DNA from: the human T2T-CHM13v2.0 reference genome, Homo sapiens
Strand: one strand, 5' to 3'
Assembly: GCF_009914755.1 (NCBI RefSeq)
Contig: NC_060943.1
Length of the DNA: 64,000 nucleotides
The notes below the pieces were generated by a model that worked only from the letters and a program-made list of their open reading frames with translations, did no database searches and was not told the DNA's origin. Below, one piece after another: positions 1 through 19,837 of this stretch. Numbering within the stretch: the stretch's first letter is position 1; each line of letters begins with the position of its first letter. A program made the translations under genes and the position numbers.

Positions 1-325
1 CACAAGCTCTAATCACCCCAGGGCCAGGTACCAGACAGCTAGGGATGACCCCTATTCCCTGAAACCTGTGAAATTGTTCAAACTCATCAATCCACAGGGA
101 GCCTGAAACCTAACTAGCTCCACTAACCCTGCTTGCCATACATAAGCAGCCCTCTACAGTTATTCCTTACTGTTACCCTGTCCCTGGGTGCAACCCCCTG
201 CATACCCTTGCCTGACAGCCTTCTCCCCTTTGGAGCTGTAAGTAACCAAGCGTTCTGCTTTTCATGTGTCTGAGTGTCAGCATGTTATATCCCACCATAA
301 AAAGAACCTTTACATCTTGTAAAAC
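1..325 (+). mobile_element. ERV1-class LTR 3' part (MER39/MER34-like), truncated by window edge
   Basis: Contains the CCAGGTACCAGACA motif shared with the LTR at 41406-41941 and ends in ...TTGTAAAACA. Family recognised by eye. Confidence 0.5.
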
Positions 326-1894
326 AGGCTGTCCTTTGACTTCAGGATTTTACCCTTCCAAGCCCCTCGAGTTCTGTTTCTAACCAGGTACTTCCTGGGC
401 ATCTACCTCCAGCTTAGAGGTGTGGGTTAAGGCTCCCCTAAGGGTTTGTACCTAAAAGTATGAATCAGTTTCCACCATGGTGAATCTGGGCAATTTTATA
501 ATAGCTCCAGGCATGGTTCCTACAGAGACTGGAAGACTATACAGTAGTGGCTGGATGCCTGCAACAGTGTACCCTGTAGGGGAGACCCACCCTTCAGTAT
601 GCCATAGCTATGACCAATACTGGTTTCCTTATTTATGACCCAACCTGTCCCTAGGGCATGAAGAGGATGCCCCTTTGTTTCCAAGTTGCCTTTTACTCTT
701 GGTATGAAATCCAAACTCCTAGTGTGTCTGGAACGATTCCTTAGGTTCCAACCCTTCCCCTGCCATGATGAATGCTTCTCCAACTATACCCCAAACTACC
801 TCCACCCAACAGATCTCCCTAAAGCCTAGTCCATTGAGCTGCCAGGCCTTTGTTCAGATATCTTCTCTGCCAGGAGCAACCTCCAAGGAATTTGCATTTC
901 TTCCAGGTTTCCAGGTACTGCTGATGTTGCTGGTATGGAGACCACACATTTTAATGTAATAAGTGATTTATTCACTTACTATAAAAATTTACATATTCTC
1001 TGAACATTTCCTGTGTTTATGTCTTGGACTTTATTTCATTGCTTCAATTCTCCCAAGCTTTACAACCAGGAAATGGGTTGGTATATTTCATATTAAACTG
1101 ATTTAAATAACTACAAAATTAGCAAACCAAGGTCAGTGACAGATAATTGCAGATTTTCAGTCACATAAATAATGACTAATTGTCAATGAGTAATTTTGTA
1201 TAGTACTATTATTTTTACTAAAATAAATTTTTAAGGGAGAAGTAAAGCTGCAAATAATTAAGCAATTTGTTTATACATTGGGATCCACCACCTTCCAGAA
1301 AGTCACATTCTTCTCAGTGTAAGTGGTGAGCACTTACACACTTTGTCCTGTCTACCTTTTTCTTGACATGTTCCAATCTTGCCATGTAATTTCCATTGAC
1401 TTTCTATACTAGTGGGTTCTAATAGAAATAGGTTGTCTCAGCTTCGAGGGAGATTAAGCTTAGCAGGTATGGTTTGAGGCACTCTGAAAATTACCCTGAG
1501 AAATACATTAACTTACATGGTTGGGGCCCTCCCTCTTGCCAAACTGCTATTAGAATAAAAGATGAGGCATCTAATTTCCCAATAAAAAGAAAGGCAGTGT
1601 ATAGGGTTTTTTCATTTCATTTTTTATTGTAATAAAATATGCATAACATAAATGTTACCACTTTATTTTCAAGTGTACAATTCAGGAGCATTACGTACGT
1701 TCACAAGCTTGTGGATCCACTAGCATTATCTATTTCCAGAACTTTTCATCATCCCCAACCAAACCTCTGTATCCAATAAACAAAAATTCTCCCTTCCTCT
1801 CTGCCTCTAGCCCCTGGTAACCTGTAATTTTTGTCTCTATGAATTTGCCTATTCTAGGATAGACCATATTAGGCCACAAAACAAGTCTTAATAA

Positions 1895-2660
<766 letters not shown>

Positions 2661-3195
2661 AGTCTTAATAACTTTAAAGATTGAAATCATACAGTGTATC
2701 TTCTGATCACAATGTAATGAAACACTAGAAACAAATAGCAGACAGAAAACAGTAAAATTCACAAATATATGGCAACTAAATGGCACACTCAAATCACAGA
2801 TAGGTCAATGAAGAAATCACAAGGTAAATTAGGAAATATCTTGAGGGATATTACACTACCTCATATACTTATCCTTTTTTGTGGTAAGAACACTTAAAAT
2901 TTACTCTCAGAAATGTTCAAGAATATAATGCATTAACTGTAGTCATCATGTTGTGCAATAGCTCTCTTTTATTTCTCCCATCTAACTGAGGTTGTGTATC
3001 CTTTGACCAACTTGGGACCCCTTAGTCCCTATTAACCATCATTTTACTCTCTACTTTCATGAGTTTGACTTTTTTAGATTCCACATATAAGTGAGATTAT
3101 ATGGTATTTGTCTTTCTGTGGTTTATAATTTTTTTATGCATTTGTCTTTTTAAGTTGTGTCAAAAATAAAAACGAGTTACAAAGCAAAATTAAAT

Positions 3196-3279
3196 TATAT
3201 ATATTTACATACATATGTATATATATGTAAATATATAAATGAATATATATAAATATATTCATTTATATATTTATATATT

Positions 3280-3336
<57 letters not shown>

Positions 3337-3338
3337 TT
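3196..3338. repeat. (TA)n-rich microsatellite
   Basis: Seen directly. It abuts a ~27 bp Alu 5' remnant at 3339-3365. Confidence 0.95.
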
Positions 3339-6300
3339 ACAGGCGTGAACCACTGCACCCGGCCAATAATATTGGTTTTTATATCTGTCCATATACTTAC
3401 CAGAGAACTTTATTTCTTCACATAGGTTTGAATTACTGTCTAGTGTCTTTTCATTTCAATCTGAATGACCCTTAGTATTTCTCATAGGGTAAGTCTACTG
3501 GTAATGAACATTCATGGCTTTTGCTTATCTGATAATGTCTTCATTTTTCCCCACTTTTGCAGGACCATTGTGCTAGACATAGTATTTTTAATTAACAGGT
3601 TTTTCCTTATATCACTTTAAATATATCATACCATTTCCTTCTGGAGTGCAGGGTTTCTGCTGAGAAATGACTTGATGATCTTATTGAGGATCCTTTACAG
3701 GTGATGTGTTACTTTTCTTTTACTGCTTTCAAGATTCTGTCATTTGGCATTTCACTATTATGTATCTCAGTGGGTTTATCTTACTTGGAGTTCACTAACG
3801 TATCGAATCTACACATTCATGTGTTTCCTCAAATTTGAGAAGTTTTCAGTCAACATTTCTTAAAGTAATTCTACTACCTTCTCTCTCTATTTTCCTGGGA
3901 ATCCCATAATACATATATTGGTCCAGTGATGGTTTCCCATAAGTTCCTTAGGTTTTATTCACTATTCTTCATTCTTTTTACTTTCTATTGCTGAGATCTG
4001 ATCATTTAAAATGTCTTATCTTCAAGTTGGCTGCTGAAGTCTGCTGTTGAACTCCTAATTTTTTCATCTTGACTAATAGATTAATATATTTTTCAGCTTC
4101 ACAATATCTGTTTGGTTCCTTTCTATAGTATCTATATCTTTTTGTTGATATTCTCATTTTGTTTTAAATCATTTCCCTGATATCATTTAGTTCTTTGTGT
4201 TTCCTTTATGTATCTGAGCCCATTTAATACCGTTAATACAGTTACTTTAATATCTGAGCATATTTAACACAGTTGTCTTTGTCCAGTAAACCCAATGCCT
4301 GTCTTCAGAGATGATTTGTGCCACTTTGTATTCATCTTTTGAATGGACAATGTTTTTTCTATTTCTTTGATTGCCTTGTGATTGTTTAAGTGAAAATTGG
4401 GCATTTGAAAACAACAGCCACATCTCTCAGTCTTTGTATACTGGGTCTGTTTCAGGAAAGTCCTTTAATAATTAGCTAGGAATGTTCTGTGCCTTGGGAT
4501 CAGTATGAGGAAAAAGCTTAAGGTTCTTGGGTATTTTCTGAGCATATCTCTTGGTTGGGTCTGTGTGTGTTTTTTTCAATCCCTCTGTATACACAGCTGC
4601 TTTTAAATGTCTTATTTTTCCAAAGAGTCTCCCCCTGGGTTGTCTTGGAGACTTAGATGGTGTATACATATCTCCACCTGTATTCTTTTACTCTATGTGT
4701 CTACAGGTCTTAGTGTCCTTGCAGCTTTCCCAAGTAGTATTTGATGCTTCTTGCTGTCTGAGATCTGAATTAGGTGAGGTAGAGACCAGTCCTGACTCTG
4801 CAAGTCTACCCCCACCACTTCCCATTATTGATGCTACAGATTAGATCTTTATACATTGTGTTCCCAATAACAGGCTAACTATTTTTATGCATTTGTCTTT
4901 TCAATCCTGTAGAAGATAAAAAAAAAGTGGAGTTACAAACCAAAACTATAATAGTATTACATTTTATAATTCCTCATGTATTTACCTTTACTAGTGAACT
5001 TTACTTTTCCATATGGCTTTGAGTGACAGTCTGGCTTCTTTTAATTTCAACCTGATAGACTTCCTTCAGCATTTTTTTTTCAGGACATGTCTAGTGATAA
5101 TCAACTGCCTCAGCTTTTGTTTATCTGGGAATATGTGAATTTCTCCCTAATTTTTCAAGAGCATTTTGCTGAATATAAACTCTCTATTGACAGCTTTTTT
5201 TCTTCAGCACTTTATGTTTATTGATCAGCTTCCTTCTGGCTTCTAGGGTTTCTGATGAGACCCTGGTTGATAGTCTTGAGGATCCCTTGTATGACAGGAG
5301 TTGCTTCTCTTTTGCTATTTTCAAGATTATCTGTCTTTGGCTTTTGACATTTGATTATGTGTCTCAGTATGGGTCTCTTTTCAATTCTCCTACCTAAGAG
5401 TTCATTCTGCTTGCTGGATTGCAAATTCATGTCTTTCATCAAATTTGGAGATTTTTCAGCCATTATGTCTTAAAATAGTTTCTCTGCCCCTTTCTCTCTT
5501 TTCCCCTTCAAGGATTCCCAAATTGATGTTGTGCTACAGTTCCACTAAGCTCTGTTCACTCTTCTTTTTCATGTTGATAATTTATATTTGTCCTATTTTT
5601 AAGTTTGCTGAATCTCTCCTCTAATTGCTTATCTTTTGAATCCCTCTATTGTATTCATATTTTTTGTTTCTGTTACTGTAATTTTTTATCCAGATTTTTT
5701 GATTCTTTTAAAAAATCATTTCATCTCATTATTTCTATCCTCAGTTTGCTCATACATCTTTTTCCTTTGTTCATATATTTCTTTAGCTTTTAAAGCATCT
5801 TTAAGACAGTTGTCTTTTTATAGTGAGTCTGACATCTGGGCTGCCTCAAGTATGTTTTCTGTCAATTCATTTTGTTCCTTTAATTGGGCCATACTTTTCT
5901 GTTTTTTGGCATGCCTTCAGGTTTTTGTTGTTGTTGAATACTGGACATTTGAATCTTACAATATGATATCTCTGGAAATCATATTTCCCCCCTTCCCCTG
6001 GATTTGCTGCACTTTTGCCTTTGTTTGTATTATTATGAGATAACTGTGCACCAGAGATCAGCCTAAAATAAAAGCTGAAGAAGGTTTTTTCAGTGCTTGT
6101 ATCTTTCCATGAGCATGTGAGGCGGCTTTCTGAATTCTTCTGTATATGTAGTTGTTTTTGAATTAAAAAAAATAGGTGCAAGTCTTTAAAATCTCCTGAA
6201 AGTCACTTCATCCAGTGGGGGTTGAAACAATGATGACTAGCCTACAAGCCCACAAGCCCACAAGATCAGAAGCACCAATCCACAGTCAGAACACAGAACC

Positions 6301-6999
6301 ATATGGCCTTGTCATTGTCTTGTATCTTGCATCAATTACTTCTGCATATACAGCTGTTTTCCTCTAACACAATTGCAATTTGTTTGAAGACTGACTCCCC
6401 CTCAACAGCAAAGAATTAAGCGTCCAGGAAGTGCTCAGTGATATGTGCCTTGATTCTTTCTAGATGTTTACCAACAACTGAGCTCTAATCACATTTGACT
6501 GGCCCAAGGCTAACAAGGAAACTTTGACTTTCCAGGCATCGGTGATCTTCAATGACAGGCTGTAACCTCTACTCAGGAAGAGTGAGGGCAGTGGCACCCA
6601 GTCCATGGGACTCTGTACTCAGAGATGATGCTGAAGACCTGTAGTCCTCTGGTCTCCATGGGTAAAGCCTCCCCTTTCCTCTATGTGAAGCCTGACAGCC
6701 TCCTTCAGTTGGCCTTTTTTCCAGCTCTGTAGGGCACCGTCCTTCCTTCTCACAGACCTGCTGAATTCTCATCTCATCTCCTATCTGGTCTCTTTGTTTC
6801 CCCTCAGGTTATTTTGGGCGAGAAACATTCCCTCAAAATGGCTCAGATACTAAAGGATTTGTTGTAAGGAAATGGGTGCATTTTGTAAGAGCTCCCTCAA
6901 AAATGTGAAACAGTAAATACATAAGAGCGACAAGTGATTAGATGTGACATCTGAGACCAGAATGATGAAGCAACCATGAGAAGACAATGATGATGAAAT

Positions 7000-7235
7000 C
7001 AATAGCTAATACTTATTGAATGCTATTAAGAGGCCAGGCATTGTTGTAAACACTTTGCATCAATTAACTCATCTAATTTTCATAATAATGCTGTGAGATA
7101 GCTTTATTACCATTTTATAGATGGAGAAACTGAGGCATGACATAGTGAAGTAGTTTGTCCAAGGTCACACAAAGCCAGTATACATGCAACTTGGATTTAA
7201 ACCCAGGTAACATGACTCCAAAGCTTAATGCTCTT
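7000..7235 (+). mobile_element. MIR SINE
   Basis: MIR core motif CCATTTTATAGATGGAGAAACTGAGGC…GTCCAAGGTCACACA. Confidence 0.8.
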
Positions 7236-7456
7236 CACACACACACCTTGGAGCTATTAAAGGGTATGCATTGTTTATCTATTAGGTCCACAGTGGATGC
7301 TTAAGAAATGGTTAATAGGTATGACTGAGGAAATAATATGATGTCAGTGACATCGTAACATCATTATGACATCAGCCCAACCTTCTATCATAACAAAGTC
7401 ATGGTCTCTTATTGCTCTTAAAAGCTTCATATCTTAATTTAAAAATATGGCCTTCT

Positions 7457-7826
<370 letters not shown>

Positions 7827-8119
7827 TTATTATGTGTATGCTCATGCTTTTTAAATGACAAAGCACAGGTCTTTGGATGAATCCTGTCATAACAAAGTGA
7901 CATGGTGGCATAAAACTATGTGTAGTGGAAACAAAAAAAATCTGGGCATTATAGGACTACTTCATCTTTGTGGTACCAGTTCCTTGGGAGAGCTGAAGAA
8001 GGACAGAGAATGAGAGAAAAGAAAGCTACTGTCATTATCCCATAAGTATATATGTGGTAGCCAGACTATCCATAATTACAGCAGTTTGATACCACGTCAT
8101 GCTTCCTTAGTTATATTTA

Positions 8120-8407
8120 CTTTGGAGTCAGAGTGGTGTCCTGCTGCCAGGCTGGAAAGCAGTGGTGTGATGATGCCTCACTGTGACCTTAAACTCCTGT
8201 ACTCAAGCAATCCCTCCCCACTCAGCCTCCTGAATAGCTAGGACTGCAGGCATATGCCTACACCTGGGTAATTAAAAAATATATATTTTTAGAGATCGAG
8301 TCTTGCTATGTTGCCCAGGCTGGTCTTGAACTCCTGGCTTCAAACAATCCTCCTGCCCCAGCCTCCCAAATTTCTGGGATTACAGATATGTTCCATTGCA
8401 CCTGGCC
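8120..8407 (-). mobile_element. AluJ (diverged)
   Basis: Diverged Alu dimer sequence. Confidence 0.85.
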
Positions 8408-8830
8408 CTTCCTTACTTATAAGTCTAAGATCCCTCAATGTTTCATAGAATTTCAATATAAATTTCAGGATTAAAATTAAATCAAATGAAAGATAAAATC
8501 CCTGCAGAATAGTAAAAATTTACCACCCCATTCCAAACCTACTGTCTCTATTCCAAAGTGCTATTGGAATATGCCTCTATGCTTTTAGCTTTCAGTTAAG
8601 GTAGTACATGTATCAGAGGAGATATGTTTTGTTGAAAGTCAGAAACCTTATCACTCATTCCACACCAGAATTATTGTATGTATAACATAATGTTCCTTTT
8701 AAAAATAACATATCTTATGATTCTCACCTGCCATAGTGAACAAAATCTGAAGCATAATCCATATCACAGCCCTTCACTTACATCAGTGTCCATACACTCC
8801 AAATCAAATTGATCTGCATTACCTTTCTAA

Positions 8831-9202
<372 letters not shown>

Positions 9203-10998
9203 TAGAATATTTGAAGCCATCCTCCCTACTTACAAACCATAACTATCTGTCAAGTTTCAGTGCAGAGAACAAAAACTCTCTTAACTATTTCAAGACATAT
9301 ATTGCAGTAAATCAGTGATTTCAAAATTGGTAGGTGGGCTGTAAAAGTAATGGGAACACTTCTGGACTAGTGATTTCAAGGTAAACTCCTATAACTATGA
9401 CCCAGAGATGGAGAAATGACAGTTGCTGAAACCAATGATGCTGCCAGCGGCACTACCTCAAAGCCACAGAATCTGAAACTAGACATGGGAACATGGAATC
9501 CAGCTGCAGCAAGTATGACAGAACTTGACTATCCACTTTACCTAGAATAACACCCTGTGCACCACATACACACACACACAGGCACACACAGGGATGCACA
9601 TGGCTACATGAGTAGTACTCATTACATAATTAGTGTTCATCATTTAAGATTCATTTCAAAAATCACATCCAGCTAAGCCTGCTCTGATCTCTTGTAGTAT
9701 GTTGTTTCTTAGTTATTTTCTCATAGCACTTGTAAAGGATTATTTCAAATTTATTTGCTATCCATTTCTCTTGTCAGATAATGTCTCTGTGAGAAAAAGA
9801 CCACATTTGTTAATTATTACAATGGTTATCAAAATGTGCTTTCTGGACAAAACAGTGTTACTGTCACCTAAGAATGTGTGAAAAATGCAAATTCAAATCA
9901 ACTCATACAGAACCTAGAACTGAGGCTAGCTTGAGGCTAAAGCAATCTGTGCTTTAACAAGCCCCCTAGTGATTCTGACACACCACTAAAGCTCAGAACT
10001 ACTGGATTCCTGTATCCCATTGCTGTGTAATACACACGAGTGATGCTCAGTAAATTTTCTTGAAATGTAGTAAGCCCACTGGAAATGGACTCCGAATAAT
10101 CCTCACCAAAATACCGCTATTCTTAGTAAAAAGAGCAGGTGTTTTTCTTTAGGTTTGCTTGTCTCCCACTAAAGGCTATACTGAGGCTAATCTTAGTGAA
10201 ATTTTTTTGCCAGAAATAGTCACAGAGAAAGAGTACGTGAGATACAAAATGATTTTATTAGATACCAAAACCTTTATTCACACCATTTTATTTCTTTTGC
10301 AGCTTTAATTTTTAACATTATAACATTTACTGGCTCCTCTGGGTGACTAAATATCTTCACATGCCCACTAGCTAAAAAGAATTTCTAAGTAGAACTCAAC
10401 TGAAACTGCAAGCTACTGCTCTAAGAAATGCATAATGACATTTATTTGCTCTCCTGTAGAACCCTGTTTACAAATAGCATCACTGCAAAGATTTACACGT
10501 AATTCCTAAAACTTTCAGGTTGTTCTTCCATTAATCTTCTGATGTGTAGCAAGATAAACACTCTTAGTGAACACTTGGCTACATCTCTTAAATGAGAGTT
10601 CTCTCCAGTTTGAGTTCTTTGTAAAATAAGGGATGCACTTGGAACTGAAGTCTTCCCTCAATTTCTAAATTTTCTACATTCATACAGCTTCTCTCCTGTA
10701 GGAGTTTGTAAAAGATTCCTATTGTCTATAGTCTTTCCCACATTTGCTATATGTACAGGGTTTTATCCTAGTGTGAGTATACTTATGTCAATTAAGGGGT
10801 TAATACTGACAAAGGCTTTCCCACATTTATGGTCTTCATATGATTTCTCTACAGTATAAACTCTGAAAAATAAAAACATCTGAATCATTGCTGAAAGTCT
10901 TCCCATATTCACTACATTCATAAAACTTTTCCCCAGTATAATTTTTTCTGATGTTAAATGAGGATCTATGAATGAACTTTACCATGATAAACACTGCT

Positions 10999-13950
<2,952 letters not shown>

Positions 13951-14432
13951 TTAGGCTCAGCCATAGCCCAGGCCTCTTCTGTCACTGAAGAAGAGGTAAA
14001 ATTAGCCTGGTTGTGGAAGAAATGGAACAAGATTCAGGAGTCGTGACAAAGATTGGGAATGTGATCTCAGTTAAGTAATAATAGGACAGTTACGTAGATG
14101 GAATTATTACATAATAAAGGGGAGAGTTATGTGTTTAGAATTATTATACAATAAGGATGAGAGACAAATATGAGAGCTTTGCTTCAGTAGAGTTAACTTT
14201 TTGTTAAAAGTTATAGAATTGTATGAATTTTTAAAAATCAGCATTTAACATTTGACAGCACAGAGTCAAGTATTTGGTTATATATTTTATACCTTAAGTA
14301 CTAGGTAAGTAATTAAAAAATGAGGCTAAAGCGATTCTCTCTTGAATGGGATACCAGGATGATCCACTAACCCTCATAAAAAATGGGTTTGGAAAAAAGA
14401 CATCTTTATATTAAAGACTGATAGACATACAC

Positions 14433-15135
<703 letters not shown>

Positions 15136-15262
15136 TAACTGATTCATAAAAAAGAAAAATATATTTATGGCATATACTTAAACTTTGTACTGATAGACAT
15201 TTAATAACTAAAATATGAGACCCCTGGGCGAAAAGACTGAAGGCTGGTTTCATGTCATAGAT

Positions 15263-15601
15263 CAGGGGTCCCTAACCCCCAGACCATGGACTGGTACTGG
15301 TCTGTGGCCTGTTAGGAACTGGGCCACACAGCAGGAGGTGTGTAGTCGGCAAGTGAGCATTACCACCTGAGCTCCACCTCCTGTCAGATCAGCCGTGGCA
15401 CTGCATTCTCATAGGAGCGCAATCCCTACTGTGAACTGTGCATGCAAGGGATCGAGGCTGCACACCCCTTATGAGAATCTAACTAATGTCTGATGATCTG
15501 AGGTGGAACAGTTTCATCCCCAAACAAACACCTCCCACTTCTGGGGAAAAATTGTCTTCCATGAAACTGATCCCTGGTGCCAAAAATGTTGGGCACCCCT
15601 G
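15263..15601. mobile_element. MER1B-like hAT/Charlie DNA transposon
   Basis: Terminal inverted repeats CAGGGGTCCCTAAC … GTTGGGCACCCCTG, ~340 bp, characteristic internal text. Confidence 0.85.
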
Positions 15602-16514
15602 CCACAGACAGTCCTTAACTAGGACCTGAAACTAAGCGGGGAACAAAAGGGTACATTTCAAAGAAAATATTCTAAGGAAATGCTCACAGATGTGCTTGGA
15701 AATTCCTCTCAATAGTACTCATTTCAAAGTATTATTTAAGATAGTAAAACTTTAGAAGCTTAAATATTCAATAATAGCTTATTGACTAGTCAAATTATAT
15801 GTGCAAAAATACATCCATTTAATATAGCATTATTACTGTCTTTGATTTGTGAAAGACTGCTCTACTGTGGTAATTTTTTAGCTCTGAGAGTTAATTCAGC
15901 ACTGTATTACATTATTTGGATATTTTGCGTGCATGTTCACCAGTGACACTGGTCTCTGGTTTTAAAGGCAGAATTTACTTTTGTCAGGTGTTGGGAAAAT
16001 AATTAAAATTCAAATCTCCTGCCAATGGTAGAAAATCCTTTCCACAGATGTAGAAAAGAAAGAAAAGAGTTTTATTACTGAATAAGCATTAAATAAGACC
16101 TTGATGCATGTCACAGGCAATCCACTAATGAGATTAAAAGGACAGGAAGAAATCTCACTCATCCTTTTATATCACCAAGCAGATACAATCCAATACATAC
16201 ATTTTCCAAATAAACAATAACTTATCCAAGTAAGACCTGACAGTTCAATTTGCTACGCATAATTTGTCCTAAATTCACCCATTAATTGGAGTTGACACTG
16301 TTAGTTAATTGCCTTTATCCTAAATAAAAATAACGTTTCTCATATCTTTATGACAGACAAGTCATTACAACTTAGAGCCAGGAATGCTTCTTTCTTCCCC
16401 TGCAGTTGCCCGGGCAGCTTGAAATGTTCACTCATCTCTGTCCCCAAAAGAACATAGGATATTTGTCCTAGCACTTATTTAAATTTCCCATGCTTTCTTA
16501 CTTTTCTACAGTGC

Positions 16515-16732
16515 TGCAGTCCTCAATACAGTAGCCACTAGCCAATTTGGCTACCTACATTTAAATTAATTAAAATGTAAAAATAAAATAAAATTTAAAA
16601 TTCAGTTCCTCAGTTGCTTAAGCCACAGTTCAAGTACTCAATAGTCATATGGGGCTGGTGGCTACCGTACTGACCAGTACACATGCACAGCACTTCCACC
16701 ACTGCAGAAAGTTCTCTTAGACAATACTGCAC
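16515..16732. mobile_element. MER3/MER33-like DNA transposon relic
   Basis: CAATACAGTAGCCACTAGCC…AAATTCAGTTCCTCAGT…GTGGCTACCGTACTG motifs. Confidence 0.7.
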
Positions 16733-16865
16733 TAGATCATGAAGTCCTGTGTGTCAGTGTACACCACAATCCATGTACAACTTTTCCTACCAGGTACTTC
16801 ATAAGTGTTTAGAAGATGAACCAATGAATGTTTTTGGCATTAGTTCACTTTAGCCTTTACTTTGT

Positions 16866-17315
<450 letters not shown>

Positions 17316-18825
17316 TAGTGAGTGACACACGCCGTGGAAAACAAGAAAGCAGTGACGGAGGAGTGGAAGTGCTAGGTGTTCAGGGAAGCTTTTCTGAGAA
17401 AGTAACCACCAGAACCCAAAATGTACTAAAAGATTGGACTTATGTGTCCTTAATGAATGTGTCAAATGAGTCTCCTGGAAGGAGCATGTTATTAATATCA
17501 TGTCATACCTGTGCTCTTAGAGAAAGAAAGATGGATGCAGTTCAGATTTTGTCTGCAGATATTGTACATGATGCCAAAGCTAACAAGGTACCCTCTGGGT
17601 GGCCTGGGAAAGGTATGTTGCATGCCTTCAGAGGTGGAGATAAATTGCAGTAGAGAGGCTGTTGAAATTGGCACCAAACAGATCATGTTAGCCAAATCTA
17701 CAAGAGCAAAATATATACCAGTTTTTGACTGAATAGAATCAGCAATGTTAATAATATTGGATATTGGCTATGGAGGCCTCAATGGATGGGACCACAGCAT
17801 TAAGGTGTAGTAATCCATCAGGAATTTTATGCTGTTTAGAGAAGAATAAAAACTTAAAAGATAGGAAATAAACTAAATGAAAAAATAAACTAAAATATAT
17901 AGCTGGGCAAAATGTATTATATTAATTAATGCCCAAAGTTTGAGTGTTGGAAGAGGGAGAGTTGAATTAATGCAGAGACCATGAACAAGGAAAAGTGAAC
18001 ATGTACTTTTATTGTTAAATTGTGTGATGAATAATGCAATTGACCATTATAAATAGAAATTCAACTACATGAAGCATCAATATCTTATAGCCCATCCTGA
18101 GGCTATCGAGATGCTCTACCTTAAGGACCTCATTAGCATAAACTCAGGGGTCATCAGTGGGGCTCACTATTAATAACAAAAGACACTCCTATCACTCAGG
18201 ACATTCCAGGGGTTTCAGCACTCTGAGAGGAACTGATGACAAAGACCAAATATATGTCCTACCAGAATCTTGCTTGATCTTCTCTCAACTTCCTTGATCT
18301 GTGCTTTTTGATGTCTGTCAGTAAGTTTGGAAAACTTTCAGTCATTATCACTTCAAATCGGTTTTCTGCTCCTTTCTCTCCTCCTCTAGGATTCATTCTC
18401 ATTATGCCCATGTTACATCTTTTATAACTGTCCATAGTTCTTGGATATTCTGTTTCAGTTCCCTCCCTCTCTCTCTCCTTCTCTCTCTTTTTGCTTTCCA
18501 GTTTGAGAAGTTTCCATCAACATGTTTCACACTCACAGATTCTTTCCTTGATCTTCTGTATTCTGTTGATAAGCCCATCGAAGACATTCTTCATTTCTGT
18601 TACAGTGTTTTTTATTTCTAGCATTTCCTTTTAATTTTTTTTTTTGTGTTTGCCTCTCTCTGCTTATATTACACATGTGTTCGTCCATGTTGGCCACTTT
18701 CTCCATTAGAATCCTTAGCATATTAATCATAGTTTAAAATCCTGGTGTGATAATTCCAACCTCTCTGCCCCAGTGTCTAGTTGTGATAGCTGCTTTGTCT
18801 CTTCATAATGTGTTTCTTCCTGCTG

Positions 18826-19215
18826 CATTAGTCTTCTTGGGTTATTCTTCTTAACAGAATGCCACAGACTGAATGACATAAACAAGAGACATTTATTCGC
18901 TCACAATCCTGGAGGATGGAATGCCTAGATCAAGGTGTCAGCAGAGTTGGGTTTTGGTGAGGACTCTCTTGCAGGCGTGCAGACAGCTGCCTTCTTGCTG
19001 TGTCCTGACATGGTCTTCAGTCTGTGAGCACACACCCTGGGTGTCTCTTCCTTTTCCTATAAGGACTGTAGTCTTATTTGTTTAGGGATCCATCCTTACA
19101 CCTCATTTAACCTTAATGACCTCTTTAAGGTCTCTGTCTCCAATACAATCACACTGGGGGTTAGGGCTTTAACATGAATTTGCTGGGGAGGGATGGGCAC
19201 AACTCAGTCTAGAGC
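18826..19215. mobile_element. MLT1-type MaLR LTR
   Basis: ATTTATTCGCTCACAATCCTGGAGG…AGATCAAGGTGTCAGCAG…GGGTTAGGGCTTTAACATGAATTT motifs. Confidence 0.75.
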
Positions 19216-19432
19216 ATTTACCTTTTATCATGTTGTGCTATTTTTGTTGATAGCCAGACATGATGTATCGGGTAAGATGAACTAAGGTTAATAGGACTTT
19301 ACTGCGAGGTTTTATGTTTATCTGGCTAGAATTTTGGCTGTTTATTATTTGCTGTAGCAGTAGATTTCAGGGGATTAAATTTCCTCTAATATCCTTGTTG
19401 GTGTCTCTGCTGTTGTCTGTGGGTTTCCCTAG

Positions 19433-19837
<405 letters not shown>

